Positions 32,457 to 43,718 of a stretch of 64,000 bases of DNA are shown here, one piece after another (the first letter of the stretch is position 1; every line of letters begins with the position of its first letter). The position numbers were made by a program, and so were the translations under genes. Location of the stretch: contig CM120640.1 of NCBI GenBank assembly GCA_051362555.1, positions 57,328,788-57,392,787 on the forward strand, read 5' to 3'. The DNA is from Lingula anatina. Taxonomy: Eukaryota; Animalia; Brachiopoda. The notes beneath the pieces are model-generated. The model worked only from the letters and a program-made list of their open reading frames with translations. It was not told where the DNA came from and made no database searches.

Positions 32457-35400
32457 TGGACCACAAATTAGGTGGTGCGTTTCACACCTGAAGGTTGCTC
32501 TGCAATTTACCTTTCCACGTGAATACAAAAGTCGAATCAACACGAGGTGTTCATGCAACCGAAGAAGAAATAGAAAACAAACAAACATCCACGTAGATAT
32601 ATAACAATACAAGAGAAAGGCGGGCCCAGCTGGGAAAACTATACAGTCCCCACGCACCTTGATCCGTAAACCTCCCCGACACTAAGGGCACCAATGTCAG
32701 GGGCGTCTTTAAGAATGTATTGCCTTCAGTTGTGTAATGGAATGCATGGGGACGAATACTGGAAAAAAGTTGAAAAGTTCAAGTCCTTATTGCACTCCTT
32801 TTAACCCATTCTTTTCCGTTGGCTTCGTGTGGAAGGCAACTATTGAACTGCACACCTGTTGGAATATAATACTCACTGTACCAAATATACATAGAATCAA
32901 TGCCAGTGTGGAAAGTTAGGTAATAATAGTATAAATCACCCACTGCTTGCGAGAGGCTGCCCCATGATGAACCCGATGCTATTTTAAAACAGCCACGATT
33001 TATAGTTTACGCAACACCAGTTTTCTAAACATATATGGTTACCTGGCTTTTAAATAAGATTCTACGCAACGCATTAAGAGAAAATGCGTGTTGGTATAAT
33101 CTAACTCAAATGTTATCATGATTATAATGATAAAATGTTAGTTAAACAAGTTGATTAAATCAAAATTTGAGCCAAAGAAAAAAAGATAAAAAAGCGGTTA
33201 ACTTTTAATTATTATATAAATTTTAAGTTGAAATATAATCACTTAAATTTTATAAATTATAATATAATGAAAACAAATTCTGAAGATGGCCAATTGATAA
33301 CCAATTGAAATGAATAAAAAAGAATATTAATAAGAATGAAAAGCACCTTACAAAGAAAACCTTTTTAATGTTTATTACGTTGCGTGAGAGCGGATAAAAC
33401 GAGAAGAATCACTTGAAGAATTTTCACAGTTGTCGCAAGAAGCAAAATATATTTATTTTAGATATTTTACATGATATAAATCAGTTTAGATTATACAGTG
33501 CCCACATATGTGTATAAATACATTTGTTTGTTTGAAAATCTTTTTTTTTTCTTTTAATTATGATTTTATAATGAATATGAACATATTGAACAAGTTTGTA
33601 GAAGTCAGTCATCAAACTGATAGTGTGGCAAATGTAAGCCGAGTTGAGAAGTTATGATGTTGTAATACTAATATTTTGTGAAAAAGCACTCTACGTTGCA
33701 AACACACAGGTTAACTATTATCAAATTATGAATCAAATTGAAGTCTTATTCAGTTGGAAAGCAACGTTTCGTTGCTCTGAGACTCGATGAAAATTACCCG
33801 CGAAATAGATATTGTCAGAATTATTGATGGCCGTTTTCTTTACGAGTGTCATATTTTAGCGCAAGCCTTTTAATGCCTACAATAATAGACTGTTTTTATT
33901 ATGAAATCTTCGCAACGATTAAGAAAATTTATCATTATTTTCGGGGGAAATTCTACATGTTATGGGGTTTCTGACACCACGCTGTCCCCATCTCAAAGCC
34001 TTCAAACATCACACCATACACTGGATACTGATTTATGAATCGTTGAACATATCTTGGAGGTATGCTGGCAATCTAGAAAAAGCGTCAGCTGTTGCTTTAG
34101 GTAAGAGCCTACGTTCAAAATTAAAAAAAAAAAATGTAGGCCTGTACTTTTTACAGACGGTTAAGCTTAACTGAGAGAACCGTTCGACTTCATTGCTGAA
34201 CATTTGCCTACTTGATGGTTGCAATCTATTTCAATTCTTAGTATGACAAATGAAATCTAGTATCATGTAATGCCCTACACCATTTAGCGTAAAATTCCAT
34301 GGATAGACTTTTAACAATCAAAATGTACATTATATTGAATAACAATGGCAATCAAGACGTTACGACATTAAAGAGGATCATTTGACGGGTCCTCATTGTA
34401 GTTTTTTTTTAGTTTTTTCTAATTTGGCTGTATAACAGATTCGCTGAAACAAACTTCACGATAACAACAGAGTGCCAATGTACGCTTTGGTGTAATTTTT
34501 GCAATGAAGCATTTAAAGAGAGGTTGCTTGTTATTGACAACGGTTTTTGCTGACAGACAGAATCAGAGGGAATCTGATTTTAAAAAAGAAATCAAAATGT
34601 GTTTTTGCACAATATTTGTTTGATCAATAAAATTCCGACGGTCAGAAGTTTCACCCAAATCCTCGATAATGAACTGCTTAAGGAACTACCCCTTTGTCTG
34701 CCACCTTCCAGTGAATGAAGAGGTAAACAAGCGTGGTAATATGTAGTCGTTTGAACAGCTGCCGGCTTGTGACGTAGCGCGTCTCTGATTGGCTACTGTC
34801 GGTTATCAGTGACATTGGCACGCGACTGCATTTACTCAGGTAATGGCGGCTTTATCGATAACAAAAGAAAATGTCACTAAGTCCCTCCTCCCTATGGAAA
34901 TATAATACAAATGGCACGCGCCATACTCTTTCTGCACACTCAGCCACGCGACCACAAACTAGTAAGTTCTCCTACAAATTTCTTTAGATATTTTTTACAA
35001 AAATGAAAGAAGTGAAATTTTTGGAAGACTTTTACAGACGACAGACTGTCCAGATGCCGGAATCGTGGGTCTGGCAGCTGGATTTTTTGCCAGCCCGTAT
35101 TCCGAGTGTGGGAAAGTTGAAGCAGATGCATTCTCATGAGGTAAGCTCTTTGTTTAGCAGCAGATGGGACAGATGGCCCAAGCCATACTGGACAACTACC
35201 TGGATCTCACCTGGAACTTCTTCCATGGGAAAATTCAACTTTAAACTAAGATAAACAAATTGCTATTTATTATTATTGTTGTTTCCTAAGAATCAGTGGA
35301 ACAACTCTCCATCTGGTGTAATTTGTGTGATAGATATAGCTGAATAATTAACCCATTTATATTACTACTTATTAATTTAACGTTATAATTCACAAGTTCC

Positions 35401-35696
35401 AATAAAATTGATATATCAGGGGCGCTGATGTTCATCCCATAAAAAATCTAACAATTTTTTTTGCAGGATGATATAGTGAAGCATTATTATCATTTGTTTA
35501 AAAAAAGGAGTGGGAGCACTTTAAAACGAGAAAATTAAGGGCGACATCTTATAAAAATCTGTTTGATTGTGCTTATTGTCATTAAAACAGAAGTGGTAAG
35601 AGGATAATGATTTAGAACTAAAACTAAATGTGCAATTCCTATGGCACTTTGACACTTTTTACAATTCAAAATAAATATTTTTTCTGGATGCAGTTA

Positions 35697-35697
<1 letters not shown>

Positions 35698-35737
<40 letters not shown>

Positions 35738-35857
35738 TGTGTGTGTGACAAAAAGAAATAAAAACAGCACAACTGCTGTTTTTTATTTCTTTTTGACACA
35801 CACACACACACACAGAAATAAAAAAAACAGCAGTTGTGATGTTTTTATTTCTTTTTG

Positions 35858-35922
<65 letters not shown>
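35698..35922. repeat. Compound (GT)n/(CA)n/(AT)n microsatellite with an internal inverted duplication
   Basis: (GT)n 35707-35747, inverted ~45-bp arms around (CA)n, then (AT)n 35860-35922. Confidence 0.9.
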
Positions 35923-35923
<1 letters not shown>

Positions 35924-36607
35924 TCGTACAGGAAAAACACTTACTTTCAATATATATAATTATTATTTTATTTAAATTAATAGTAAATCAAAGAAACCAA
36001 GCCGTGCCTTGATATGCACTGGTATGTGTATGTGTGCCTAAAGTTCAGATCTCCATATTTTACAATTATTCATATGATGGAAGGGATCGCTTTTTTTTTT
36101 TTTTTTACTTGAAGTGTTTTTATTTTCACATATTTATTTTAAAAAACTATTTTAATCTAGATTTTAGACATCCCACTATTATATCAACATCTGTTTTCTG
36201 TTGTTTTATTGTTCGATAGAACGTGTATTTAATTCTCTCTTAATTTAGCGCTTTACTCTTTACAGGTGCGACGATACCACCTGCGAGGCGATTCGGGAGT
36301 AAGAGGAAACTCGTGACATCTTTATGTAGGCTTCAATAACTTCAACAATAATATTACGCCTAAATGTGCGGTGAGAGCATTGAGATAGAGTGGAGTTATT
36401 TAGTAGATGGCCAAGTTTGGGTATTTATTTTTCCTAAATCCTTGTGCGGGCCTGGCGCCGAAGTAAATTCAACCAACAACAGTAAAATACACATGAATTT
36501 ATGCAAATGTGCAGGTGTTCAGAGTGTGAAAGATCTACAGGCCGAAGGTGACGAATTGTAATGCAATTTATCAGTCACCGGTGAGCGGAGGCTTTGATGT
36601 ACACCTT

Positions 36608-36712
36608 GATTGGCAGTGTTGTTACTATAGCGACCGCCGGCCCGGCGCCGAGTCGATGGCTGTATACACAGTATGAATGGGTGACGTCACACGGCTGGCG
36701 CCACACTGCCGG
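36608..36712 (+). promoter_or_regulatory. BMP/Smad-ATF response enhancer resembling the vertebrate ID1 BRE (Bicore1-like)
   Basis: X-box-like GTTACTATAGCGAC 36621-36634, GGCGCC 36644-36649, perfect CRE palindrome GTGACGTCAC 36681-36690 and a second GGCGCC 36697-36702. The element is ~0.6 kb upstream of the ID ATG. Confidence 0.8.
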
Positions 36713-37019
36713 GGGCAGCTGTTGTTGATTGTTGCTTGTTCTCGCCAATTTATCACTTGTCAAACCTGATCGGGTGTCATGTGAAAAATATATACACAAG
36801 AGCTATGGGAATTTAAATTATTCAGCAAACTAAAGGACTCTTGACCACTACTTCACAGTGAAATCTCCTTTTTCATCATATCTATATTTTAAGACCACGT
36901 GCGAGCTCAAGTAGCGTTCTATTATGGTGGGAAAGTAATCAAGTCACCCCAGTTGGCGGTGGGAATCGGCCTAAAGGGGGTGGAGCTTATCACAATAGGT
37001 ATGAAGAATCCTTGATGTT

Positions 37020-37120
37020 GATTGGTGGGAAGGATTCATCCCTGCCAATCAAGTGCCTTCAAGTGCTCAAATTGTTTGTACATAATTAATCGCGAGGCGG
37101 TGCTCAGCAGGATATATAAT
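37020..37120 (+). promoter_or_regulatory. ID core promoter (TATA and CCAAT boxes)
   Basis: TATATAA at 37113-37119, ~140 bp upstream of the ATG. ATTGG at 37021-37025 and CCAAT at ~37045. Confidence 0.7.
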
Positions 37121-37258
37121 GAGAGTATATTCAGCCTGGAAATACACTTCACATCATTCCTTAGCTCGATCGAAACGAGAGAGGACACGAAAGATACCTT
37201 AACTTGTATCAGCATTTTTATCTATTTTAGTCAACGGATATTTACATTTAATATCAAT

Positions 37259-38276
37259 ATGAAGGCTCAGATGAAGGAAACCATCGCTGCAGAACACCCA
37301 GCCCTGAACACATTGAAGGCAAAAATTACTAAGGAGAAAAATAACGATGCCGCTGCGGAAATTCAAGCCTGCTTCGCGAAGTTGAAGGATTTAGTACCAA
37401 CAGTCCCACAGAATAAGAAAGTGTCAAAGGTGGCGTTGATTCAACACGTTATTGACTATATTATGGACTTGGAGTCCGCGCTGGACTATCACCCAATGAT
37501 GAATTTGGCAACTTTATCGTCATTGACCTCTGGTCTCTCCAGACCCCCTCTAATAGAGAGCTCACAGCTCAACAAACAGGTGGGTGTTAACTAAATTGTC
37601 ATGTTGTTTCTATAATTATGTTTGCAATTTAATGATAAAATATTTACAACTTTTAAACACATATTACGACAAACAGTCATATCTACAAGATGGAAATGGA
37701 AAGGGGAAGTATTAACGAGCACTGAATATGGCCTTCAAGACGGGTGTTTTTGAGATGTAGTGATGCATTGAAATATTTTGACACATTGGTGAGTCAGGCA
37801 ACCATATGTCATGCTACTGTACAATTGCAGTCGGCAAATGATGTATTGAAACAATACCATTGCTGATATTTCTCTTAAATATTTTACGAGGAACTGATTA
37901 AAGCATTGACTGCACCTGGGAAATATTGCAAATGGAAAGTTATTATTAATATTGTTATCCGCAAGCTATTGTCCTTCCGCTATGCAGGTGCAGTTGCATG
38001 AGAAATGATTGGCCTGTATCCAAAGAGCGTGATATTTGATATATTTCACGAGGACAGCTGCCTCTTGACACTCAATCACATGATATGCGTAATATCGTAC
38101 GAAGCTATACCAAATAAAATGCATTTCATATCTGATGTCCCGTGGGTCCATATATCATTCAAAAGAAGAACATTTCTGATGCCCTTTTGTTATCTTTTTT
38201 CTAGGAATCTAGCTACACTGAAGAAATGGAAGCTTCTGATGCTGATAGCTGTGAATCTCGGCCCCCGTCTTGCTGA
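37259..38276 (+). CDS. ID: Inhibitor of DNA binding (ID / extramacrochaetae) HLH protein, 2 coding exons, 130 aa
   Basis: Exon 1 is 37259-37579 (MKA...[39 protein letters not shown], an HLH lacking a basic region) and ends at CAG|GTGGG. Exon 2 is 38205-38276 (ESSYTEE...RPPSC*), after a polypyrimidine tract/TAG acceptor. A probable 3'UTR intron runs 38315-39083. Confidence 0.95.
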
Positions 38277-40949
38277 CTCTACACGATCAAGATCAAGAAT
38301 CGTTTAACTTACTGGTAGGTTTATATTCAAACATCCTCTGCAATCTCCTTCTTTATTCCACTGTCTGCTAATCAATATAGTGCTCTGTCGACCTTAGATG
38401 CAGTGAAAACAGACATTTCTCCTGAAAATCAATATTGTAATTGGGATTTGGGAAGGATTTTGCTTTACTTGCGAGCCAACATTTTCTCAACAGAAATATA
38501 CGAGGAAATTAACATTACTACCAACTGCACCTGGCCTAAAAAGCTTCTCTGTTAGGTTAATCATGTCTGTTTAATTGCTTGATGCTTGTTTGGGAGTCGC
38601 TGATCGTGAGAAATCTCCGATGGGCACATGCAGCAGGGCCCAGAGCATTTTTGCACGGGTTGCCATACCCACCTGCGCATCTGGCTATTGTCAAAGCTAC
38701 CTCCTGGCATTTATGATCGTACAAACTTTGACAGGCTGGCATGGTGAGAAGCCAAAACATCAAAACCTTCAGGGCCCCATTTCATAAAAATGCCAGTAGA
38801 TGTGCAGCTGCGGAAGATTCGATTCCCAAAACAAATTGAGTCGATATTTTATAAATGCACTTAGTTTCCGTGCGGAGTCGCATCTGTGGGTAGAGTGGAT
38901 AGACAGGCGGGCACCAGCGTGTTTTTATAGACCCATCATTTGTTTTTCTTTAACAATTTACCCAGATGTTTTCTGTTCAGACGGATGTTTTACTGTGCGT
39001 TACTTTCAAGTTCACGTGAAGTGATACTTTGACTTAAGATGCTATCACGTATTAGCTAAATTTTCTCTTTCTGTTCTTTCCAGATAAAACCACCCAATTT
39101 AGTGTCTCCGTGAAGATACAAACACACTATCGCGCTGGCAGCTGCTGACTGATACTGACACCTGGCGACAGCGGTGATGGTCTTTTTTGGGCTCCCAATC
39201 AGCAAAATGATACGCAACGCCATGGGACATGGCAGACAAACCAACTAAACATAGGTGCCAGGACCAAAGAACAATGAGACAAAATAAATTTCCGTCTCCC
39301 CGCACGACGCCAGTGTTTTTGACGATCATGAATCAAATGGTGCTAAAGCTGTGTACAGCACCTGACACCCAGAGCCCGGCTATGGAGAGTAGCGTGTGGC
39401 GCCAAGGTGCTCGACAGCAAACATTACAACTCAGGGATTTAATCATCACGGGACAACGCACGAGAGAAACCTCCAACCACCTTGTGTCAAAGCAAGGGTT
39501 TGAAAGGAAAACTGAAAACGTGACTAACTTTTGATATCTTTTTGTTGTATGCACGTGAAGTTGGACGTTGAGTCCCGTTTTGTAGATTTTTATTTTCTTT
39601 CGACATCTTGTAAAAATCACCCATGTACTTTAAGTAATAATTTGGGGCTATAGCTAGATATATGTGACCGGTTCACATAGTGTATTGTAACATTCGGTCG
39701 TTGTCTATTGATTTGACGGCTTCATCCTCATCCCATTATCATGACACGGTGACAGCTTGAATGTAATCGACATGAAGCCATTTCTCATTAATTGTTCCAC
39801 GAAATCGATCCTCGATGGTCGTATATAACCACAGCAAACATCTGTTATGTGGTAAACCTGCTTTTACATTGGGTTATCACCCAAACCCAATATAGAGGTG
39901 CAAACGATGTCACAGGCATGTTCCTAAAAATATGTAGTGCACAGATTACAAACTATGATTGATTATTTTAGGGTCCCACATAAAGAAGTTTGTACTAAAG
40001 TTTCACTTTCCTGGAACCACGAATAATAAAAAATAATTAATCATCTAATCCCAAAAAAGAACATACGTTACTGTCACAAATGCATAACGTCTAGCTGTGG
40101 AAAAGTTTTAATCACTTTGAAAATTCAATCATCACGGGTTTTGTTCTTTAATTTATCTCCTACATGTATAACGTTGTAAAAAATTCCGAAAAGATTATGT
40201 ATAGAGCAGTTAATTGTTTTTTAGCGACATAAGTTTGCCTGTCACTGAATATTAAAAAAACGGGGAAAATACACCCTACCGACAGTAAAATAAGCATTTG
40301 ATAAATTATTTTTCCACTCGTGCTCGAATTATTATATCTGAAATGTCAAACTATCATGGAATCACTATATATTTTTCGATCAGCAAAAGAAAACGTTGTT
40401 TTTTTCTTGCACCAAGTACTTAAACAAAGAGAAACATTTTGTCAATTTTTCTAGGGAACATACGTTACCTAGTATTAGCCATGATGCAAAGTCCCATTAG
40501 TTACAGTTAAAATATTAATAAAAACGTCTTACTTCATATTTAATTTAACTTGATCGAATCACTTCAAAATATATAGGAACACGGTATAAGAATTAAAATT
40601 AGGTGGCCTGGAACATACGTTACCGGAACATACGTTACCAGTGGAAAAGCTATTTGTGTTCGAAACCAGCTCCGAAAGAAAAACTAGCTCCTGATCGAGA
40701 TGTCACGTGATTCTTTTTGACGTCTGCTCGAGCTAACGTTAATTAGTGCGTGAGTTGAGGTGAGTTATAAGTGTAAAGACAACATAAAATCCTCAGTGAT
40801 TATGTAGACGAAGTAAATGATTTTGCCGTAATAATAATGTTATGTACATTCTATCAAATACTTTAAGAAATAAATGTCAAACAAGACTATGCTATGAAAA
40901 AAATAATCGCCAACTAGTGCATTGAGTGCAGTGCCAATTAAATACATTG

Positions 40950-41212
40950 CAGTGGCGGATTAAGGGGGGGGGGGGTCAGGGGTTTTCTGATTTCCTTCGA
41001 TATCTGGGTCCCTGATAAAATTAGAATTTTGACTAGCTGAATCAAATTTCTGAACCGTACCAAATGTCACCGTTCGCCCTCCGAACCACACGCGGGGGGT
41101 GGGGGGGGGGATCGGAAGCTTATCGGACATGTGCCGGGGGGGGGGGGGAGGGGGGGAGGGGGGAGGGGTGCGCATCGGACCCCTGCTTCAAATTATCCTG
41201 GATCCGCGCCTG
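40950..41212. mobile_element. hAT-like MITE nested inside the Sola2 element
   Basis: Ends CAGTGGCGGAT...ATCCGCGCCTG, flanked by a 5-bp direct repeat CATTG (40945-40949, 41213-41217). It contains poly-G tracts, and a related copy lies at 26722-26920. Confidence 0.75.
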
Positions 41213-41297
41213 CATTGATGCCGGACGGAAAGATATCATTTTACATGTACATGTATAGGCCCTATTATATATGTACATACAAATAACTGTTCAGAAA

Positions 41298-43718
41298 ATG
41301 GCGAAAACAAGAGCTGAGATTCAAAAAAATTATCGATCTCGTAAAAAGGAAAATGAGCGTGAAGCATATCTGGAAAGGGAAAGAAAAAGAGTTAAAAAAT
41401 ACTATATACCTTCCGCCTCCTTAAGCGACCGTGAAAGACGAAAGAGAAATGCGAAGACTAAAGCACGAAAACTTAGACTTCACCAAAGAAAACAAGAGCT
41501 TCTAGCTGCTATAGAAGTTACGGAGGCAAGTCCACAGCAATCAGTACCGGAGAGGCTTGTTGTACGTGTGAGGTGGCCACAGCGTGGAGATAAAAGATTT
41601 AGAGAAAACTTAAAGCAGGCACAAAGAACAATTAAAGAACTACAGGCACAGGTAAATGCCATGAAAAAGAGGGAGAATGCTATCCGGCAGCGATTTAGCC
41701 GTTGTCGAAGACGAAATATGGGATCACCTGAATTTCCCACAAGCCCCAAAACCAAGACAGAGCGCACCATACGACAGGCTATGTTGAATAGGACCCAAGC
41801 TAACACTGTGAGGAAGCAATTGCTTATAGGAAATGTTTTAGTAGCTGAAGTGGGTCAAGCTAAACGAGTAACACCAAGAAGTAAGATGAAAATTTTGCAT
41901 AATATAGTGGCTGGGAAGATTGCGAAGAAGTATCGTTGTCTCAGGCATCTTTCTGCTGCTACTGGCATGTGCCGGAATCGTTTGTCGAGGACTCGCGAAA
42001 AGGGGATGAACTGGTCGAAAGGTCGACGGATACGAGTAGCAGAAAAAAACAGGCAAGCTGTACAAGATTTTTTTAAAAGAGACGACAATAGTAGAGCCCA
42101 ACCTGGAAAAGCAGATGCGCGCAAATCAGAAGATGGAGAGAAAATGCAAACTAGAGTGCTGACAGACTACATTGCTAACTTATACTACAAGTTTATGAGT
42201 GAGAATCCGAACATAAAGATATCACTGGAAACCTTTCGACGCCTTCGACCCAGACACATTCTGTTAACATCACATATTGCCAGACACAGCTGTCTTTGCA
42301 CAAAGCACCAGAATATGGCGCTGCTTCTAAAGGCTCTCAGACGGGAGGGTATAAATGTACCTCTGAGTCCTGATGCGTTCATTAAAGGTTGTACAGACTT
42401 AAACGAGAGTGAGTGGCAAAAATTACCCGAAAAAGTTAAATACAGTCAGTGGAAACGAGTGGAAATCCAAGACAAAGACCGCAAAAAAAAAGTTATGCGC
42501 GTATGTGAGAATGAAGTCCAGAAAGACGAGTTCTTGTCCTTCTTCAGTAACCAAAAGAAAGAATTCGGCGAGCACGTAGGCAGAGTAAAAACACAGTACG
42601 AGCAATTAAGAAATCTCAAGGAAAATCTTCCAAGAAACCATGTGACTATACAGATGGATTTTGCGGAAAACTATGTATGTAGGTCCGCCGACGAGATCCA
42701 GTCCGCCTACTGGAACAAAACTAGCGTTACCCTGCACCCCGTTGTCATCCACTATCGTGATGAGGATGGGAAGCTGGCCCACCAGAGCCTTATCGCTGTC
42801 TCTGATGAAACAAGTCATTCGGCTTCTACCGTGTATGCAATACTGTCGAAAGTTATGCCACACGTGAAAAGCCTTGTGCCCGTGCTGGAAACCATCCATT
42901 ACTGGACGGACAGTCCGACTAGCCAGTACAGAAATAAATGCATATTTTACATCGTAGCAAATCACGCGAAACTGTTTGGTTCTACAGCATATTGGAATTA
43001 TTTTGAATCAGGACACGGGAAAGGACCCTGTGATGGGCTGGGTGGAACCGCCAAACGCATGGCAGATGCGGCCGTTGAAAGCGGAAAGCACATAATCCAA
43101 GATGCCGTGCAATTCTATGACTGGGGTGCCACATCATCTATGACGAATGTCAGGTTCTTGTTTGTCAGCTCCGAGGAGGTAAAAGTCAAGTCACAAGAGC
43201 TGGAAAAGCTTACCTTAAAGGCTATACGAGGCACTTTAAACATCCATGCTGTGGCAGGGCTAGGAGATTCTAAAGTGAAAGTGAGAAAACTAAGTTGTTC
43301 TTGTCAGTTATGCATCCAGGGCAGATTGTGTGACACGTGGGAAGACACACATTTGCTTGTACCAGCACCCGTAGAAATTGAAACAAGACTGAGCAAAGAA
43401 AAAAGCATAACCCATCGCATCACTGGGCAGACGGTGGCTGTGACGGTAGGCGATTTTGTAGCAGCGGTCTATGAGAAAAAATGGTACCTGGGGAAAGTAC
43501 AAGATATCGACGTATTAGACAGAGAGGCAGAAATCAACTTTTTAGAGAAACGGAAAAGTCTCTTCCAATGGCCAAAGAGGTGTGACATCATTTGGATACC
43601 TTTCGACAATATCTTGTGTCGTGTTGAGGAACCATGTGCGGCGGGAAAATCGCATCGAATGTTTAAAATTACACCAAGCGACCTGGACGCTATTCATGTA
43701 GCCTATAATTTGCCCTAA
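41298..43718 (+). CDS. Sola2-like DDD transposase, ~806 aa (ORF open from 41271)
   Basis: Uninterrupted ORF with QMDFAENY...QSAYW...TLHP, SDETSH, WTDSPTSQYRN and YFESGHGKGPCDGLGG, a pattern recalled for Sola2 transposases. It also has CLCTKH and CSCQLC cysteine motifs, a basic coiled-coil N-terminus and a Tudor/PWWP-like C-terminus. Confidence 0.85.
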   Translation: MAKTRAEIQKNYRSRKKENEREAYLERERKRVKKYYIPSASLSDRERRKRNAKTKARKLRLHQRKQELLAAIEVTEASPQQSVPERLVVRVRWPQRGDKRFRENLKQAQRTIKELQAQVNAMKKRENAIRQRFSRCRRRNMGSPEFPTSPKTKTERTIRQAMLNRTQANTVRKQLLIGNVLVAEVGQAKRVTPRSKMKILHNIVAGKIAKKYRCLRHLSAATGMCRNRLSRTREKGMNWSKGRRIRVAEKNRQAVQDFFKRDDNSRAQPGKADARKSEDGEKMQTRVLTDYIANLYYKFMSENPNIKISLETFRRLRPRHILLTSHIARHSCLCTKHQNMALLLKALRREGINVPLSPDAFIKGCTDLNESEWQKLPEKVKYSQWKRVEIQDKDRKKKVMRVCENEVQKDEFLSFFSNQKKEFGEHVGRVKTQYEQLRNLKENLPRNHVTIQMDFAENYVCRSADEIQSAYWNKTSVTLHPVVIHYRDEDGKLAHQSLIAVSDETSHSASTVYAILSKVMPHVKSLVPVLETIHYWTDSPTSQYRNKCIFYIVANHAKLFGSTAYWNYFESGHGKGPCDGLGGTAKRMADAAVESGKHIIQDAVQFYDWGATSSMTNVRFLFVSSEEVKVKSQELEKLTLKAIRGTLNIHAVAGLGDSKVKVRKLSCSCQLCIQGRLCDTWEDTHLLVPAPVEIETRLSKEKSITHRITGQTVAVTVGDFVAAVYEKKWYLGKVQDIDVLDREAEINFLEKRKSLFQWPKRCDIIWIPFDNILCRVEEPCAAGKSHRMFKITPSDLDAIHVAYNLP

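Noticed and set aside
37022-37258. N-terminal extension of the 190-aa ORF containing ID
   Set aside because: It begins at a non-ATG codon upstream of the TATA box. The ID-like protein starts at MKA (37259).
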